Positions 60,372 through 64,000 of a DNA stretch of 64,000 nt are shown piece by piece. This DNA comes from Nitrospirales bacterium. GTDB lineage: Bacteria; Nitrospirota; Nitrospiria; Nitrospirales; UBA8639. The notes under the pieces were generated by a model that was not told where the DNA came from, searched no databases, and saw only the letters and a list, made by a program, of their open reading frames with translations. The stretch is from the NCBI GenBank assembly GCA_965223295.1, contig CBDCWC010000002.1:320001-384000 (forward strand), in the 5' to 3' direction. The position numbers and the translations under genes are program-made. How positions within the stretch are numbered: the first letter of the stretch is position 1; the number at the start of each line of letters is the position of its first letter.

Positions 60372-61550
60372 CTATTCAGGAGAAAGTGCTTTGCGAACTG
60401 CTGAAAAATTTTTATAAGCGATATGTTCCAGTACAGGCGTGGCCAGCATACTTAGCACCACGACGAGAAGAAGCTGCTGGAAGAGTTGTTCTTCTAGCAC
60501 GAACATTCCATGCGCCACCGCAAATAACACCAGTGCAAATTCTCCACTTTGAGCAAGGAGTAAGGCAACCGAAAAAGAAGTTTTTCCCCGAATGCCAAAT
60601 ATTCTCAACAATGGCCACAATGTCATAGTTTTAATCGCGAGTAATACCATTACAGCTAGGATTAAGAGTAACGGTGCTTCAATGAACGTGTTTAAGTGTA
60701 ATGACATACCCATAGACATAAAAAATAACCCAAGTAATAGGCCTCGAAAGGGTTTGACCTCTGCAATGATCTGATGGCGGTGTGAAGAATCTGCAAGCAA
60801 AAGCCCTGCGATAAAACCTCCCATGGCCTTAGATAAGCCAATGTGTTCCATGGCTTGAGCGCCTCCCAAGACCAAGAGCAATGCTGTTGCCGTAAATATT
60901 TCAGGTGATCCGACGCGTACAAGTGTATTGAGTAGAGGATTCAAAATATATCGGGCTGCGATGATGATGAGGGCAAGTATAAAGATGGCTTCGCCGATAG
61001 CCAGCAAGACATCTTCTGCAATCGTTAGGCTTGGCTCTGTTAGCAGTGAAACAAATGCTAGCAATGGGACAACAGCGAGATCTTGTAACAGCAACACGGC
61101 GAGGGCTGGCCTGCCATAGTCAGAAAATAACAGTTTCTTCTCGGTTAACAGTTGCAAGACAAACGCAGTAGAGGATAGAGCAAGGGCCAAGCCTATTAAC
61201 AGTGAAATTTTCCAAGAGGGTTGGAGCAAGTGGTGAATGACCAGAGTGATGGTTCCTCCTGTGATCAGGACTTGCAGTGATCCAAGACCTAACACCAGCC
61301 GTTTCATTTTCCACAGACGAAACGGATTAATTTCGATGCCAATAAAAAATAAGAGCAGGATGACCCCGAGTTCAGCTAAATGCTGAATTTCATCGTAATT
61401 CTCAATGTATGCGAGTCCTGATGGTCCAATGATCATTCCTGCCACTAAGAACCCAGGTATTGCGCCCAAGCCGAAGTATTGAAAGAGAGGCACCACAATG
61501 ACCGCAGCAGATAAGAGAATAATGGTATCGGTCAAATAGGCAGCATTCAT
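60372..61550 (-). CDS. CPA2 cation/proton antiporter (KefB/KefC-like membrane domain only)
   Basis: LAELGVILLLFFIGIE, ALSSTA, LLLQDLAVVP, PFRGLLLGLFF, LAQSGEFA. Confidence 0.9.
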   Translation of the reverse strand: MNAAYLTDTIILLSAAVIVVPLFQYFGLGAIPGFLVAGMIIGPSGLAYIENYDEIQHLAELGVILLLFFIGIEINPFRLWKMKRLVLGLGSLQVLITGGTITLVIHHLLQPSWKISLLIGLALALSSTAFVLQLLTEKKLLFSDYGRPALAVLLLQDLAVVPLLAFVSLLTEPSLTIAEDVLLAIGEAIFILALIIIAARYILNPLLNTLVRVGSPEIFTATALLLVLGGAQAMEHIGLSKAMGGFIAGLLLADSSHRHQIIAEVKPFRGLLLGLFFMSMGMSLHLNTFIEAPLLLILAVMVLLAIKTMTLWPLLRIFGIRGKTSFSVALLLAQSGEFALVLFAVAHGMFVLEEQLFQQLLLVVVLSMLATPVLEHIAYKNFSAVRKALSPE

Positions 61551-61812
61551 GGAGGTATGGCTTTTGTTGTCGAAGGCTAGCGTTATGTGAACGGGCAGTC
61601 TGTTTTTTTAGGGTTAGTGCAAGAGAAGAACGATTAGATGGATAACCTAAAGGAGGGAGATGAAAGTTTCAAGAATGGGTAAGGTGCTTGGATTGGTCAT
61701 AAGTGTGAATGAGGTGTGTAGGACTCTTTGAGTCAGTGAGACTGTTTGTTAAATAATGATGATATTAAGGGCCACATGTAGTCTCTGAGACCTAATATGT
61801 CAGAGGCTTCGA

Positions 61813-61931
61813 GTCTGTTCAAAAAAGTGCGTTCAGCAAGGTCGCAGCTATTTTTCCGTGTGGAGCATACTTGGCACTACGTGAGTGTGGAAAAATAGCA
61901 AGAACGCTGCTGATGGCTTTTTTTAACAGAC
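61813..61931 (-). mobile_element. MITE-like repeat without insertions, opposite orientation
   Basis: GTCTGTTCAAAAAAG...CTTTTTTTAACAGAC inverted ends; the reverse complement aligns to the 49867 copy once its insertions are removed. Confidence 0.7.
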
Positions 61932-61962
61932 CCTTAGTTGACCATGGTTGGTAAGTTATTGA

Positions 61963-62744
61963 TCATATGGTGCCAAGTAGAATAGTCATGCCCGTAAAAG
62001 CCGTCCACTCTTGTGAGGCTCCATTGAGACCGAATGCAGCACCGACATCCCCAACAAGCTTTGGCGTAAAAAAGTAACTGGTTGAAATGAGAAATTGCGA
62101 GAAGGGTGTCACGCCTTGTCTTATCGTGCCGGCGAGTTCTGCAGCCACCGACCAGGGCTGTGTCAAGTTGTATCCCGTGCTCATAGCCCAAAAGAACTGA
62201 TCCTTTCCTTCTGTTTCTTGCGCCGCACCTATACGGGTATCCTCGCATTGAGGTCGATGCTTATTGCCCCCATCGCGATGCTATAAAGACCCGTGATAAG
62301 ATAATCAGTCTTTTGGCTGCTAATTGTTTGAGGAGCAGTGGGCAGCGTGGCGCCCATTTCTACTCCTAAGGCGGACTCGCCATGAGTAGAGAGTGGGATA
62401 TGAAGTTTCAGGAGGGGCATGATATTTCCCAATCCAGCCAAGGACGTTCCTTGGTCAATATCATTGATGATGAGACCATCTCCTCCAACTAAGAGACCGA
62501 CATAATCTGAAAAGCCGAATTTGAATAAATAGGGAATAGAATGTTGATAATCGTCAGTTGCTTTATCTTTGAGCGTCTGCCAACCTGTTTCGACTTCGAG
62601 ATATCCCGGTATGGGAAGTTGAGCGGGATTGGATAGTGTCGGTCGATAGGGTCTGGCTCGAGGAAGTTCTTCAGAGTGACCGACATTTGGGGTTAGGAAG
62701 AATCCTAACGCCATAAGCAAGAAGAAATGCTGAAGCGTAAACAT
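61963..62744 (-). pseudogene. Outer-membrane beta-barrel/'transporter'-like gene with a frameshift near 62240
   Basis: Signal peptide; RPTLSNPAQ...GYLEVETG; the reading continues in another frame as TRIGAAQETEGKDQFFWAMSTGY...FTGMTILLGTI. Confidence 0.65.
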
Positions 62745-63280
62745 AAAATGAGCCCAAAGGCCGTTTTCATTCCTTAATGTTCTGTATGGTATCTCCTAGT
62801 CTGGGAGACGTGTGTTTTGTGCTCGATCCTTTTGTCGGCAATGGCGGCTTCTATATGATCCAAATTGAGTGCCGCAAGAGGCTACAAGTTATTCACAACC
62901 TTCTGGAGACAGACTTGTCAGATCAGAGGGCTAATCGGGCTCCCCCAAAAGACAATTTTCTTTTTTGAATCGGTGTTCCCATAAACCTTGTAACACTTCA
63001 AAGCCGATTGGGTGAGACATGTACGTCTCTAACGAGGTGACCCGTGGCTGTGAGATAGTAGTTAGAGATAGTGCAAACCCCCTCAGTTTCCTGACGGGGT
63101 TTGCATGAAACCTCAAGTGTAGGGGGCAAGTCTTCGGCAAAACTCAGGTATTATTGAAAAAACTACTACGTCTTTTTCTATAAGAGCTCGGTCAAAACTT
63201 CACCGTGTCGGATATAAGGTAAGATGCTTGGCGACGGTGTTTCGATGATAGAAAGAACGGAATAAACTCCTCCTTATTCC

Positions 63281-63691
63281 CTAGGATTGTTCACCCGTTT
63301 TTTTCTCAAGAGACATCACGTTGAATTGCTTTGCTTGCCCGTGATGCCAGGCAATTTGCTCCCGAAGCTCCTTAAGTTCGGCTCTGTGGGATCCCATGAG
63401 CAATTTCCACCCTTGTCGCTTCACTCCTTTCGGATCCAAATAGGGTCTTTCCGTGAACCTTGCTATTCGTTGTTCTAAGTGATTCACTTTAGAATCCAGG
63501 CGTGCAGCCGTTTCTTCAAATAGGTTGGCCGCCATCAAATGCTCTTCTGCCGTCCATTGGTTTGCGATCTGCTCAGGGGAGGGGGTGCCAGGCTTTTCGA
63601 CAGTTTCTGCCAGGCCAAACCCGACAAGACTTGCTACCCCAACAATTGCCAGAAAAACTACGATGCCTTTCCCAGTGTGTTTGGTATCCAT
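63281..63691 (-). CDS. Hypothetical exported helical protein
   Basis: AGGAGGAG RBS; signal peptide; EEHLMAA...WHHGQA coiled-coil-like core. Confidence 0.7.
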   Translation of the reverse strand: MDTKHTGKGIVVFLAIVGVASLVGFGLAETVEKPGTPSPEQIANQWTAEEHLMAANLFEETAARLDSKVNHLEQRIARFTERPYLDPKGVKRQGWKLLMGSHRAELKELREQIAWHHGQAKQFNVMSLEKKTGEQS

Positions 63692-64000
63692 CAGTGCTCC
63701 TCCTATTAAATGTTTCTTTGCCCTATGGGCACTTTTTTGTCCCTTCTTGTTCAGGTAACAAAGCCTAACAGAGATGGAGACAATACGATTGGCATTGCAT
63801 TAAAGATAATAACAATATAACAGAAATCAAGAGCGTCGTTCTGCTTGTTGTGCCTGAGCATCCGTTATCAAGAGAGGGGGGTGCTAACACAGTGGGTTCG
63901 CGCATAGCAAGGAGTTTGCCCTTCATAGGCCAGTTGCTTCTTGCCCCCTTCCTTGATAGTGCTATGCAGCCCGTATCTCAAAGGTCTGGAGACTCTGGTA

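Noticed and set aside
63072-63140. c-di-GMP-I riboswitch
   Set aside because: It has GCAAACC and a GAAA loop but lacks the following GACGCAAAGC junction and second stem
63907-63921. Minus-strand sigma-54 promoter GGGCAAACTCCTTGC for the 63691 gene
   Set aside because: Spacing fits, but it is ~215 bp upstream and the flanking context is cut off by the window edge
1-64000. rRNA, tRNA, CRISPR array, prophage or integron integrase
   Set aside because: No such sequence, regularly spaced repeat-spacer array or recombinase motif was recognised by eye

Overview
This is a bacterial chromosomal window, most likely from a nitrite-oxidising member of the Nitrospirales. That assignment is an inference from the NxrC-like heme-b subunit at 57474-58430 and from short palindromic repeats of a type I associate with Nitrospira. 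No rRNA, tRNA or CRISPR array was seen. In order, the window holds: a cluster of unknown secreted proteins including a large HEXXH metallopeptidase-like protein; a REC-PAS regulator; a Dpp/Opp-type ABC system; an AAA ATPase; phoBR and pstSCAB-phoU with Pho-box-like arrays; ppnN and an ABC-class ATPase; HD-GYP, Lon_C, HAD and single-domain response regulator genes; a cytochrome c/Slp operon; an FhlA-like sigma-54 activator followed by two sigma-54 promoters that share a duplicated upstream element, ahead of ankyrin/HbpS and DoxX/VOC/RND genes; a TetR-ALDH-SDR module; and an accessory region with a decayed IS3, a sensor lacking an output domain, SulP, an isolated nxrC, a hydrolase and a CPA2 antiporter. 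The most notable unexplained structures are: (1) a degenerate ~30-bp site (core ACCCAAAGCGG) that separates small co-oriented accessory genes like cassette boundaries; (2) a MITE family present with zero, one and two nested mini-insertions; (3) the duplicated enhancer/sigma-54 architecture; and (4) a long hairpin covering the ribosome-binding site of a Lon-like protease gene. All product calls come from motif recognition by eye, not from database searches.
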